IMG/VR virus record: IMGVR_UViG_3300046474_000470
Coordinates: 1 to 64,000 of that record
DNA length: 64,000 bases
Origin: a virus
Reading direction: 5' to 3' (one strand)
Shown here: piece after piece, positions 10,085 to 19,101 of the stretch
Position numbering within the stretch: the first letter of the stretch is position 1
How the letters are laid out: each line of letters starts with the position of its first letter
Made by a program: the position numbers and the translations under genes
Notes under the pieces: model-generated
Told to the model about the DNA's origin: nothing
The model's database searches: none
The model's input: the letters and a program-made list of their open reading frames with translations, nothing else

Positions 10085-10093
10085 GGGGCAGAT

Positions 10094-11122
10094 ATGGCAA
10101 CGATGTATGCTCTACCAGCACTTACAAACTGGACCGGCGCGGGCGGCTGGTCCAACACGTCAGGCGGCGCTAGCAACGGCACCTATCCGGGGTCTGCTGA
10201 CACGGCAATTTTTGACGCCAATTCCGGCACCGCACGGACCATCAACGTCCCTTCCGGTCAGCAGGTTGCGAATATCAGCTGCACCGGCGCTCGAATGACG
10301 CTCAGTGTAGCAAGCGGCGGGTATCTTGTTTTGATACCTTCTCTGACCACGGCATTTAATGTGTCAGGCTTCGCAGCTATCAGCGGACTTCAGTGCGCCG
10401 GAGTTCAAGCCAACTCCCTGAATGCAGCTAGTTGCACCATTAACGCACTCTTGACGAGCCAAGGCGTCACGCTTACGAGTAGCTTGCTTGTTACCGGCCC
10501 TCTCATCTTGGGTGACAGTGCATTCAACGCCAACGGATACGACGTCACGCTTGCAACCCTCAGCGAAAACGCCAGTACTGGCGGCTCCATCATGTTCGGC
10601 TCTGGCGTCTGGACTTTCACCGGCACCGGGACGCTCATGGCGCTCACGTACGTTAGCTGGGACTTTGGGACCGCCACGATTAGAATTAACAATACTTCAT
10701 CAGCTGACAAGTTTTGGAACTACAACGTCAACAGCGGGAACCAATTTTGGGTCGCGGCAACCGGTACCGGGACGCTTTACTGCGGGGCACTTGGCTATGG
10801 TAGCCCAAGTTCGGGGATCGCAAAATTTAGAGCCGATGGAGGCAATATCCGGTTTTCGGCGACCTACCAGTGCGCTCAAAACTGGCAGGTCGCGGGCACT
10901 CCGTCAGCCCCTGTTGTGCTTTCACAGAACTCGTCTTATGGCACTTCGGTGAATCTCTACTCAAGCACAGCCGCGACTTGGTACTTCGACTACTGCACGT
11001 TCGCTAACAACACAGCCGCAAACGGCACTTCGACTTGGGTTGCGCGATCCAGCACGTTCAGTGGCACTAGCTCCGGCTGGACCAACTTCAAACTGCGTCC
11101 GAACTTTATAGCCTTCCTTTAA
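10094..11122 (+). CDS. Putative receptor-binding beta-helical tail protein
   Basis: WSNTSGGASNGTYPGSADTAIFDANSG N-terminal motif; Ser/Thr/Gly/Asn-rich; A/T-richer codon usage than neighbours. Confidence 0.6.
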   Translation: MATMYALPALTNWTGAGGWSNTSGGASNGTYPGSADTAIFDANSGTARTINVPSGQQVANISCTGARMTLSVASGGYLVLIPSLTTAFNVSGFAAISGLQCAGVQANSLNAASCTINALLTSQGVTLTSSLLVTGPLILGDSAFNANGYDVTLATLSENASTGGSIMFGSGVWTFTGTGTLMALTYVSWDFGTATIRINNTSSADKFWNYNVNSGNQFWVAATGTGTLYCGALGYGSPSSGIAKFRADGGNIRFSATYQCAQNWQVAGTPSAPVVLSQNSSYGTSVNLYSSTAATWYFDYCTFANNTAANGTSTWVARSSTFSGTSSGWTNFKLRPNFIAFL

Positions 11123-11131
11123 AGGTAAGAT

Positions 11132-11530
11132 ATGAAATACCTACTCAATGGCGAAGACTTCAATATCGACGCCTTCCATATCATCGGCGACATCCAATAC
11201 CCTGTCGGCTGGTTCCACGACAAGGTGAACCGGGACGCCATGGGCGTCACCGAACTGGATGATGGACCGGCAGAGCCGGCGCCACCGCTGGTGCCGCAGG
11301 AGGTCACCATGCGCCAGGCGCGGCTTGCGCTGCTCGGCGCCGGCTTGCTGGCCCAGATCGACCCTGCGATCGAGACGCTGTCCAGCCCGCAGAAGGAGGT
11401 GGCGCGCATCGAGTGGGACTACTCGAGCGCGGTCAAGCGCGACCAGCCGCTGGTCGCCGTGCTGGGCGCCGAGCTGGGCTTGACCAGCGCCCAGCTCGAC
11501 CAGCTGTTCATCACCGCAGCGGGGCTGTAA
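11132..11530 (+). CDS. Tail fibre assembly/chaperone-like protein
   Basis: VPQEVTMRQARLALL...IEWDYS...LGLTSAQLDQLFITA motif typical of fibre-associated small proteins. Confidence 0.65.
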   Translation: MKYLLNGEDFNIDAFHIIGDIQYPVGWFHDKVNRDAMGVTELDDGPAEPAPPLVPQEVTMRQARLALLGAGLLAQIDPAIETLSSPQKEVARIEWDYSSAVKRDQPLVAVLGAELGLTSAQLDQLFITAAGL

Positions 11531-12006
11531 TGGGCGGCGGCCATGTCACGGTACGCCTGACCAGCCGCTGGCCCTACAATCCGCTCAGCCTGGCGGTCGG
11601 GGTCCTGTCCGGATCCCACCAGTTCAGCCACGCTTTCGCGATCATCGGCGCGCGTGCCTACGAGGCGTCGATGGCACATGGCTGCCGCGCCGGCACGGTC
11701 GACGAGCTGATGCAAGGTATCGCCGTGTATCGTGACATGGACGTCTGGGTGCCCGACCTTGCGGCCGCCACCGCGTTCGCGGAAGCCCAGGTGGGCAAGG
11801 GTTACGACTGGCCCGGCGCCATCGGCATCCCCTTCACTTACTCGGAAAACTGGCGCGACGATGGTTGCTGGTGGTGCTCCGAACTCGTGTTCGCAATCCT
11901 GCTTGCTGGCGGCACCCGGCTGTTCGACCCCTCCATAATGACCCGTGTGCGCCCCATCGACCTGCACATGGCAGACCTCCCAAAAGACGCCACCATCTAC
12001 GCCTGA
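11530..12006 (+). CDS. Permuted papain-like (YiiX/YebB/NlpC-P60-like) protein
   Basis: FSH ... GKGYDW ... WWCSELV (His before Cys); ATG overlaps the upstream TAA. Confidence 0.75.
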   Translation: MGGGHVTVRLTSRWPYNPLSLAVGVLSGSHQFSHAFAIIGARAYEASMAHGCRAGTVDELMQGIAVYRDMDVWVPDLAAATAFAEAQVGKGYDWPGAIGIPFTYSENWRDDGCWWCSELVFAILLAGGTRLFDPSIMTRVRPIDLHMADLPKDATIYA

Positions 12007-12076
12007 ACAGATCTTGTTCAAATTGTGTGACATTTGCCGTACAGAAATGGAACGGTGGCACACTTATTGCTGGCTA

Positions 12077-12113
12077 TCCTACGGGCAACTAGGTAAAATT
12101 CCTACAGACAACT
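12077..12113. promoter_or_regulatory. Two direct copies of TCCTACRGRCAACT upstream of the lysis cassette
   Basis: TCCTACGGGCAACT at 12077-12090 and TCCTACAGACAACT at 12100-12113; related to sites at 219, 19880 and 35846. Confidence 0.55.
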
Positions 12114-12129
12114 CCCGGGAGCAGTCGCC

Positions 12130-12225
12130 ATGGCCAAAATTGCGTTCGCTTTCTGCTCCTGCCTGATGTTCCTCGGAGATCTTATTACTGAGCTGTTCGA
12201 TAACGAATACAAGGGATCCGAATGA
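12130..12225 (+). CDS. 31-aa peptide MAKIAFAFCSCLMFLGDLITELFDNEYKGSE
   Basis: GGGAG upstream; TGA overlaps the ATG of the next gene (ATGA); below the ORF-track cutoff. Confidence 0.55.
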   Translation: MAKIAFAFCSCLMFLGDLITELFDNEYKGSE

Positions 12226-12470
12226 ATCTGGCCGCCGTCAAGCAATCCTGGGTGATGCATGTCTGGGACCACCTTCAACCCTACAAGAACGAGCTGGACT
12301 TCACCTTCGTGGGTTTGCTGCTGATGACGTTGCTGGGCTGGCTCCCTCACATCACCACCGTCGTCACACTGGTCTGGTCCTGCATCCGCCTGTACGAGAC
12401 GAAGACTGTGCAGGCATGGCTGGGCCGGCGCCGCGCGCGCCGCGCGCGCAAGCCCGGAGCCAAGGCATGA
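12222..12470 (+). CDS. Holin/antiholin-like membrane protein
   Basis: Hydrophobic segments followed by a basic tail (RRRARRARK); upstream of the endolysin. Confidence 0.65.
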   Translation: MNLAAVKQSWVMHVWDHLQPYKNELDFTFVGLLLMTLLGWLPHITTVVTLVWSCIRLYETKTVQAWLGRRRARRARKPGAKA

Positions 12471-12721
12471 ACCTGAAGAGCCTGAAAGCCGCCGTCGGCA
12501 TCGAGCTGAAGAAATGGCGCACCTACACCGCCACCGCGTTGCTCGCCGCGCTGCCGTTCGCCGCCGAAATCAAGGCCGCGATCGCCGACAACCTGCCGGC
12601 ACTGCAGCCCTACCTTCCCGAGAACGTCTACAAATTCATGGGCGGCGCAGTCGTCGTTGCCGGCATCATCCTTCGCCTGGCAATTTCCTTCCGGGCAGTG
12701 AAAGCTGCGAATGACGCCTGA
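12467..12721 (+). CDS. Holin-like membrane protein (2 TM)
   Basis: MNLKSLK... with two hydrophobic helices; ATGA overlap; directly before the endolysin. Confidence 0.65.
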   Translation: MNLKSLKAAVGIELKKWRTYTATALLAALPFAAEIKAAIADNLPALQPYLPENVYKFMGGAVVVAGIILRLAISFRAVKAANDA

Positions 12722-13334
12722 CCAGCTGCGCCACGCCGTACCTTCCATGCCGACTGCGATCGCGCATGACGCCGCCATCGCCATCAACGCCGCCTGCGCG
12801 CGCTTCGACATCGACACCACCCTGCGACAGGCGCACTTCGCCACGCAAGCCCTGCACGAGTCGACAGGCTTCACGCGGCTGGTCGAGAACCTGAACTACT
12901 CGGCCGAGGCCTTGATGCTGATCTGGCCGAAGCGCTTCACGAAAGAGACTGCCCGGATGTACGGCCGCACGCCGCAGCACCCGGCCAACCAGCAGATGAT
13001 CGCCAACGTCGCCTATGCCAACCGGATGGGCAACGGCTCGATCGAGAGCGGCGATGGCTGGCGCCATCGCGGCCGCGGGCCCGGGCAGCTGACTGGACGG
13101 GAACATTATGAAAAGTGCGGCCGTGCGCTGGGCCTGAATCTGCTGGCCTCGCCCGACCAGGTGGCCCAGATCAGCATCGGCACCCAGGCCTTCGGCTGGT
13201 TCTGGCACACGCACGGCCTGAATGAGGTCGCCGACCGCAACGATATCCTGCGCTGCCGGGCGATCGTCAACGGTGGTGACCTTGGGCTGGAGGCTTGCGA
13301 AACCCTGCTCGGCAAACTGCTGGAGGTGATGTGA
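12711..13334 (+). CDS. Endolysin, glycoside hydrolase family 19
   Basis: QALHES, ENLNYS, YANRMGNG, GDGWRHRGRGPGQLTG and VNGG motifs. Confidence 0.92.
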   Translation: MTPDQLRHAVPSMPTAIAHDAAIAINAACARFDIDTTLRQAHFATQALHESTGFTRLVENLNYSAEALMLIWPKRFTKETARMYGRTPQHPANQQMIANVAYANRMGNGSIESGDGWRHRGRGPGQLTGREHYEKCGRALGLNLLASPDQVAQISIGTQAFGWFWHTHGLNEVADRNDILRCRAIVNGGDLGLEACETLLGKLLEVM

Positions 13335-13855
13335 GCGTCCTGACCGATATGATCGTGCCGCCGTGGGCGCGCTGGGCGGCGATCACCGCGCTGGCGCTGG
13401 CCTGCTACGGCACCGGCCGGCTGCATGAGGCGCGCCACGCCGGCGCCATTGAGACCGCCAAGGTGGTCACGGTGGTCAAGACCCAGGTCCAGACCGTGAC
13501 CAAGGTCGAGACTGTCTACCGCGACCGAATTCAAAAAATCTACGTACAGGAGAAGGCCCTTGAATCCGCCATCCCAAGTTACATTTCACCTGCTGTGGAT
13601 GAGCACTTTGCTCTTCCTGCTGGCTTCCTGCGCCTCGCCGCCGCCGGTTGGAGTGGGTCCGCTGCTGGACCCACCAGCAGCGCTGACGACGAACCCTCCG
13701 GCGTTCCAGTTTCCGAGCTCGCGCGCGCCGAGCTCGCCAACGCCGCCAGCTGCCGCGCCTGGCGCGAGCAGACCCTAAGCTGGCGCGACTTCTACGCCCG
13801 CCAACAGGCGACATTCAACGGTCGCGCAGGCGACTGGTACCAGCCGGAGCAATAG
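13331..13855 (+). CDS. Rz: Inner-membrane spanin (Rz-like)
   Basis: GTG start overlapping the endolysin stop; N-terminal TM helix then periplasmic domain; contains an embedded lipoprotein ORF. Confidence 0.75.
   Translation: MSVLTDMIVPPWARWAAITALALACYGTGRLHEARHAGAIETAKVVTVVKTQVQTVTKVETVYRDRIQKIYVQEKALESAIPSYISPAVDEHFALPAGFLRLAAAGWSGSAAGPTSSADDEPSGVPVSELARAELANAASCRAWREQTLSWRDFYARQQATFNGRAGDWYQPEQ
13560..13778 (+). CDS. Rz1: Outer-membrane lipoprotein spanin (Rz1-like), embedded in Rz
   Basis: AGGAG 7 nt before TTG; lipobox LLASC; Pro-rich mature part; +1 frame inside Rz. Confidence 0.75.
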   Translation: MNPPSQVTFHLLWMSTLLFLLASCASPPPVGVGPLLDPPAALTTNPPAFQFPSSRAPSSPTPPAAAPGASRP

Positions 13856-14619
13856 TGGACATTCTCGTAATCCCTGATTCACAAGTCCGGCCTGGCGACG
13901 ACCTCGAATTCCTGCGCTGTATCGGCCGCATGATCGTGGCCGAAAAGCCCGACGTCGTCGTGCACATCGGCGACTTCGCCGACATGGAATCCCTGTCGTC
14001 CTACGACAAGGGCAAGAAGTCCTTCGAAGGGCGCCGGTACCGCGCCGACATCGAGGCCGCGCACGCCGGCATGGAAGCCCTGCTTGGGCCGCTGCGCGAC
14101 TACAATGCGCGCCGTGTCGCCGCCAAGCACTGCCCCTACAGGCCGCGGCAGGCGCTCTTCATGGGCAATCACGAGGAGCGCATCGCCCGCACGATCAACG
14201 AAGAGCCGATGCTTGACGGGGCGATCGGGCTGGCCGACCTGAAGTACGCAGAGTTCGGATGGGAGGTCTACCCGTTCCTGCAGGTTGCGGTGATCGGTGG
14301 CGTGGCGTTTTGCCACTACTTCACCACCGGGTTGATGGGTCGGCCGGCGTCAAGCGCCCAAGCCCAGCTGAACAAGAAGCACATGTCGTGCGTGGCCGGA
14401 CATCAGCAGGGCCGCCAGATCGCGACCGCTTTCCGCGCTGACGGCCGTCAGATCACCTCGATCATCGCCGGCAGCTGCTACGAGCACGAGGAAGGCTACC
14501 TCGGCCCACAGGGCAACAAGCACTGGCACGGCCTGGTTTATCTGCGCAACGTCGAGGACGGGTGCTTCGACGAGCAGTTCATCCCGCTCGCCGACGTCAA
14601 AAAGAAATACGCCGCCTGA
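13855..14619 (+). CDS. Calcineurin-like metallophosphoesterase
   Basis: IPDSQ, HIGDFAD, MGNHE, FCHY and AGHQQ metal-binding motifs. Confidence 0.85.
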   Translation: MDILVIPDSQVRPGDDLEFLRCIGRMIVAEKPDVVVHIGDFADMESLSSYDKGKKSFEGRRYRADIEAAHAGMEALLGPLRDYNARRVAAKHCPYRPRQALFMGNHEERIARTINEEPMLDGAIGLADLKYAEFGWEVYPFLQVAVIGGVAFCHYFTTGLMGRPASSAQAQLNKKHMSCVAGHQQGRQIATAFRADGRQITSIIAGSCYEHEEGYLGPQGNKHWHGLVYLRNVEDGCFDEQFIPLADVKKKYAA

Positions 14620-14632
14620 AGCGGCGGCGTAT
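14607..14632. terminator. Hairpin between the convergent late and replication operons
   Basis: ATACGCCGCC (14607-14616) / GGCGGCGTAT (14623-14632). Confidence 0.6.
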
Positions 14633-14634
14633 CG

Positions 14635-14994
14635 TTACGGGCTCCAGGCTGGACAGAGCTCAGCTGTCCAGTTCCAGCACACGGCCATGATGTCGCCGAA
14701 GCGCTGGATGTCGTTGATGCCGCAGCCGTGCAGCATGACGCGCTCCTGCTCATCGAAGTGCCAGTTGCTGCAGCCGTCCCACTTCACGTAGCCGTGCAGA
14801 TAGACTGGCGCAGCCTCCAGCTGGTCGGTGCCGTCCCAGACTGGGACGTCGAAAACGCCCTTCATCGAGCCCTCCATCCAGCCGCAGATGTCGTAGATCT
14901 GGTAATCGACATAGTGCTGAAAGACGGAAGCGATCACGGAGAACCGCAGACCGGAAAAGTGCTTTGTGTGCGCCGCGATCGGTGGCGTGCTCAT
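14635..14994 (-). CDS. Hypothetical protein (GYVKWDGCSNW family)
   Basis: ATG at 14994 in an ATGA overlap; last gene of the - strand operon. Confidence 0.65.
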   Translation of the reverse strand: MSTPPIAAHTKHFSGLRFSVIASVFQHYVDYQIYDICGWMEGSMKGVFDVPVWDGTDQLEAAPVYLHGYVKWDGCSNWHFDEQERVMLHGCGINDIQRFGDIMAVCWNWTAELCPAWSP

Positions 14995-15203
14995 TGTCTC
15001 CGCTCCCTCACGCAGGCCCAGAGCAGACCTACCGGCCACGCCAGCACCATCAGCAGGATCGCCTCGTACGGCGACACGCCCAGCCACCTCCGGACCTCGC
15101 GGCCGATCTCATAGCCGGCGCGGTGGTCGGCGATGTACATCGTGAAGAAGCCGAGCCCGAACCAGCAGGTGCCAGCCATCAGAATTTCAACGACCAGGGT
15201 CAC
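14991..15203 (-). CDS. Small membrane protein
   Basis: Two hydrophobic segments; coupled overlaps. Confidence 0.55.
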   Translation of the reverse strand: MTLVVEILMAGTCWFGLGFFTMYIADHRAGYEIGREVRRWLGVSPYEAILLMVLAWPVGLLWACVRERRQ

Positions 15204-15421
15204 GCTGCCTCCTCGATGCGCAGCTTGCCGTTCTCGCGCAGCCAGGCGACCGCGCGCTCCTCGTGCACGAAAGACGTGCCGCCGGAAGGCGAGGCGAAGA
15301 GCACGCCACGCTCCCAGGAGCCGTCGGCCACGCGCTTGTGGATCGTGTTCTTGCGCTCGTTGTACTTCTCGCAGAAGGCGTCCAGCTCGAGCCAGCCGTC
15401 GCGGTTGATCGGTGCGTTCAT
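15200..15421 (-). CDS. Excisionase-like winged-HTH protein
   Basis: 73 aa, WLELDAFCEKY...TIHKRVADGSWERG...AVAWL, resembling Xis-family proteins. Confidence 0.6.
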   Translation of the reverse strand: MNAPINRDGWLELDAFCEKYNERKNTIHKRVADGSWERGVLFASPSGGTSFVHEERAVAWLRENGKLRIEEAA

Positions 15422-15663
15422 GCCAGCACCTCCTTCGTGACGCCCATCGAGACGACGGGGTGGCTATCGCTGTAAATGCCGAGCTGGATGCTGTGGCCAG
15501 CGTTCAGCTGGGCCAGCTCTTCCTCGCTCGGCTTCCAGAACGAGAACAGGCCGACGCCGAACTGGTCCTGATGGATCACCACCGGCAGGGCGGACACATC
15601 GTCCTCCTGCCCATGCGGGGCCGTGAATACGTGGTTGGTTTGTGGGTGTCGAACGATTTCCAT
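15418..15663 (-). CDS. Hypothetical protein
   Basis: AAGGAG RBS; SFWKPSEEELAQLNAG...HPVVS motif common in phages. Confidence 0.7.
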   Translation of the reverse strand: MEIVRHPQTNHVFTAPHGQEDDVSALPVVIHQDQFGVGLFSFWKPSEEELAQLNAGHSIQLGIYSDSHPVVSMGVTKEVLA

Positions 15664-15673
15664 GTGCTGCTCC

Positions 15674-17860
15674 TTAAACGGTGATGATACGGTCGGCAAA
15701 AGCGTCTGCCTGGTCGGAGTGGGTGATGAGGATGGTCTGGCCGAACTTGAGCTTGGCCAAGAGGCCCAGCATGCGCGCCTCGCGCGCGTCACTGCAGGCC
15801 GCGGCCGGCTCGTCCAGCTGGAGCATGTCGATGCCCGGCAAGAAAGTCTTGGTCAGGGTGATGCGCATCGACAGGCCCAGCATGTCCTCGGCCGAGCCGG
15901 ACAGGCCCGAGACCGGGAAGCCGTTGCAGCGGAAGGCGCCGTCGGCGCGCGTGATGCGCGACTCGCTACCCCTCACGTCCGAGAAGTGCTGCGAGACGCC
16001 GGCCAGCACGATGTTCCAGAGCTGGTTCGTGATGACCGGGCGCGCCGCGCGCACCTTCTTGATGAGCAGGTTGTAGCGCTGCATGTCGGCCAGCTCGCGC
16101 TTGGCGTCGGCCAGCTGCTGCTCCGTCAGCGCGCGCTGGCGCGCGGCCTGCGCGGCGAGAGCCTGCTTGGTTCCAAGCTGATTCTCCAGTGCGAGCAGGC
16201 CAGCCTGCAAGAACTTGAGCGACTGCTCCTTGTCCTTGATGCTGCTGTCGAGCAGCTGGGCCTGATCCAGCAGATCCTGCGCTGCCTCGACGTTCAGCCC
16301 GTTGCGCCGCGTGATCGTGACCGAGCGCGACGTCTTCAAGCCGTTCAGCTGCTTCGTCTTCTCGTCGCGGCGTGCGGCGTCCTGGGCAGCCTCGAATGCG
16401 CGGCGCTCCAGCAGCGCAAGCTGGTTGATGGCCGATTCGCCGGCGACGGCGTCCGGCCCGGTCCAGCGCCAGATGCCCGGGACGCACGAACGGTCGACCT
16501 CGATGAACTCCGCGGCGCGCGCGTACAGTTGCTCGACCTTGGCGTTGGCGGCCAGCACCGCGTTCAGGTCCTTCAGGTAGCCCTGATGCTCGACCAGGCG
16601 TTCCTTCGCCTCGCGCTGGTCGGCTTCCAGTTCGGCATAGCGCTCGCGATGCGCGTTGCCAGCTGAGACCGCCGCCAGCTTGACCTCGTTGATCTGGCGC
16701 TGCAGGTCGCTGTTCGTGCGCGCCACCTCCGGCACGTCGGCCAGGTCCTTCTGGCACAGCGCGCACGTCGTCTCCTTGATCAGGCGCCCTTCCAGCTGGG
16801 CGACCTTGACATCGCTCTCGCGCACAGTCGCCGCGTGAGCACGCTCCAGCTCCGAGATCGACACGGTGATGCCGTCGAGCACGCCACGCTCCCAGACTAC
16901 ATCCTGCTCCGACTTCCGGATATCCGCTTCCAGCGACGCCAAGTCGGTCGTCCACTGGTTCGGCGTCACGCCCTGCAGCTCCGTGCGCAGCTTCGCCGCG
17001 CGCGCCGCGTGCTTCTCGGCTTCCACCGCCGCGCGTGCCGCCGCGATCTCTTCGTCGGCCGGCGCCAGCACGACCTCGCGCGCCAGCTCGCGTTCGAGCT
17101 TTTCGATCTCAAGGCTGAAGGTCTGGATGTCACGCTCGCACTGTGCGTGGTCGCGCAGCGTCTGCTGGGCGCCGGCGGCGTCCAGCACGAAGCGGCGGTT
17201 CTGCAACTCGACCAGAAGGCCGTGCGCAATGTCCACTTCCTGCGTGGCGTGCAGGATCTCCTGCTTCAGCGGCTCGATGTCCTCGACCACGACCTCGCCT
17301 AGCTGGCCCTGCAGCATGGAGATGCGCGACTCGACCGCTTCGGTCCTGCCGTTCGGGCGGCGCGCGGCGATCGCGTCCACCACCCGGTCGATCAGGTCGA
17401 AGTCGGCCAAGTCCTCGATCATCTTGCCGGCGGCGGTCGGGCCTGCCTTGAGCGACTCGGCAAGGGCCTTCTGGCTGGCGAACATCAGCTTGCCGGCCAT
17501 GTCGGCCGTAGTACCGAACAGGTTCTCGAAGAACTTCGTGACTTCGCGCTGGCCAGTGACCAACACCTTGCCGCCGGACGAGATCTCGGCACCGGACTTG
17601 CTGCGGTAGCCGGTGTAGGTGACGCCCAGGTGCTCGAGCTCGGCATCGATGCGCAGCTTCGACACCGGGTGGTGATAGGTCACGACGTCGTCGAGCGACT
17701 CACGCAGGGCGGCCACACCGAAGCAGAAATAGGTGAAGCCCTCGGTGACGGTGGTCTTGCCGGCCTCGTTCTCGCCGCGGATGGCGTTCATGCCTGGGCC
17801 GAACTCGAACGTGCGATCGAGGTGCTGGCGGAAGTGGGAAAGGGTGATCTTTTTGAGCAT
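15674..17860 (-). CDS. sbcC: SbcC/Rad50-like SMC ATPase
   Basis: Walker A GENEAGKT, coiled coils, CALC zinc hook, LSGS signature, LQLDEP Walker B, ITH H-loop. Confidence 0.9.
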   Translation of the reverse strand: MLKKITLSHFRQHLDRTFEFGPGMNAIRGENEAGKTTVTEGFTYFCFGVAALRESLDDVVTYHHPVSKLRIDAELEHLGVTYTGYRSKSGAEISSGGKVLVTGQREVTKFFENLFGTTADMAGKLMFASQKALAESLKAGPTAAGKMIEDLADFDLIDRVVDAIAARRPNGRTEAVESRISMLQGQLGEVVVEDIEPLKQEILHATQEVDIAHGLLVELQNRRFVLDAAGAQQTLRDHAQCERDIQTFSLEIEKLERELAREVVLAPADEEIAAARAAVEAEKHAARAAKLRTELQGVTPNQWTTDLASLEADIRKSEQDVVWERGVLDGITVSISELERAHAATVRESDVKVAQLEGRLIKETTCALCQKDLADVPEVARTNSDLQRQINEVKLAAVSAGNAHRERYAELEADQREAKERLVEHQGYLKDLNAVLAANAKVEQLYARAAEFIEVDRSCVPGIWRWTGPDAVAGESAINQLALLERRAFEAAQDAARRDEKTKQLNGLKTSRSVTITRRNGLNVEAAQDLLDQAQLLDSSIKDKEQSLKFLQAGLLALENQLGTKQALAAQAARQRALTEQQLADAKRELADMQRYNLLIKKVRAARPVITNQLWNIVLAGVSQHFSDVRGSESRITRADGAFRCNGFPVSGLSGSAEDMLGLSMRITLTKTFLPGIDMLQLDEPAAACSDAREARMLGLLAKLKFGQTILITHSDQADAFADRIITV

Positions 17861-17861
17861 T

Positions 17862-18053
17862 TTATTTTTCCAGTTTCACGGCGTCGGTCACGGCGGCGCC
17901 GGCGGCACCCAGCAGGGCGCCTGTGCGGCTGAACGGCGCGTCGCGCTTCGGGTCGTACGAGCAGGCGTCGGGGATGAACATCACGACGTCGACGATAGCC
18001 GCCACCGGCGTCACGGCCACGGCCACGGCCGCCTTGAGCAGGTTACCCAGCAT
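17862..18053 (-). CDS. Small hydrophobic protein between sbcD and sbcC
   Basis: MLGNLLKAAVAVAVTPVAAIVDVVMFIP; GGAG RBS. Confidence 0.6.
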   Translation of the reverse strand: MLGNLLKAAVAVAVTPVAAIVDVVMFIPDACSYDPKRDAPFSRTGALLGAAGAAVTDAVKLEK

Positions 18054-19101
18054 TTTCTTCTCCCATGATTTTGGTGACCTCGGCCGCGTCGTCAGGCCCA
18101 AGGTAGTCGAGCAGTGCATTCATCACGTTGAAGCTGGTGACGTCCTCGTGCGAGAGGGCCAGCTCGGCGCCGCCGTCGGCGCCTTCAATCTTGACCGCGT
18201 TGGTGATGACTAGGGCGCTGGACTCGCGCCGGAAGCGGCTCAGCTTCGTGACGACCTTGTCGGCTTCAGCCGCGGTGGCGGTGCCGGTGATGCGGATGAA
18301 GCGGCCGACGTCGACCGGGTCGCGCCAGTCCTGCTCGCTATAGTCGCCCTCCGGCTGCCACGTCGTGTGCATCTCGTAGCGGCCGTCGCGCACCACCAGC
18401 GCCTGCTTGTCCTGATGCCCAAGGCAGTCGCTGATCGAGCTGGGAAATTGGTTTCCGACGATCACGACCTTGCCACCGAGCTCGTTGCGCGCCTGGTGCT
18501 CGTGGCCGAACACGATGTATTCGACCGGCAGCTGCTCGGCCTGCTCTTTCGACAGATTCAGCGAGTGGTCGGATTCGACCGCGAACTGGTTGTCGTAGTT
18601 GGCGTGCACGAACAGGAAGCGGTACGGCTGATCGGCGACGCCATCGCCACGCGGCACCTTGGCCAGCTCCAGGTCGAACAGGTCCTGATTGGCCATGTGC
18701 GGGATCACGTAGGCGTTGTGCTCGGGGATCGCGGTGCCCTCGGTGATGTGCGTCACGCGCGCCGGGCCATACATCTCCTGCAGCAGCGCGGCGAAGAACT
18801 GGAACGACGACAGGCGCGTGCTGTTCTTGTCGAGGTCGTGGTTGCCGTTCGCCAGATACAGATGGCCCGGGCAGCGCGTCAGCCAGTCGCCGAAGATACG
18901 CACGGCCTGCAGCAGATCGGCGCGTGGGATGTCCGGGCCGTCGAACAGGTCGCCGTTGACGAGGAGGTCGCCGGTGACGCCATAGAGGATCTCCTCGGCC
19001 TTGGACAGCAGGTCCTGGCGCAGCTGGTGGGCCGTGGCCGGCGTCGTCCCTGAAGATCTGATACAGCCAAGATGCCAATCATTTACCACTGTCAAGCTCA
19101 T
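18043..19101 (-). CDS. sbcD: SbcD/Mre11-like nuclease
   Basis: DWHLG, GDLFD, GNHD, FVH and GHEH metallophosphoesterase motifs next to SbcC. Confidence 0.88.
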   Translation of the reverse strand: MSLTVVNDWHLGCIRSSGTTPATAHQLRQDLLSKAEEILYGVTGDLLVNGDLFDGPDIPRADLLQAVRIFGDWLTRCPGHLYLANGNHDLDKNSTRLSSFQFFAALLQEMYGPARVTHITEGTAIPEHNAYVIPHMANQDLFDLELAKVPRGDGVADQPYRFLFVHANYDNQFAVESDHSLNLSKEQAEQLPVEYIVFGHEHQARNELGGKVVIVGNQFPSSISDCLGHQDKQALVVRDGRYEMHTTWQPEGDYSEQDWRDPVDVGRFIRITGTATAAEADKVVTKLSRFRRESSALVITNAVKIEGADGGAELALSHEDVTSFNVMNALLDYLGPDDAAEVTKIMGEENAG

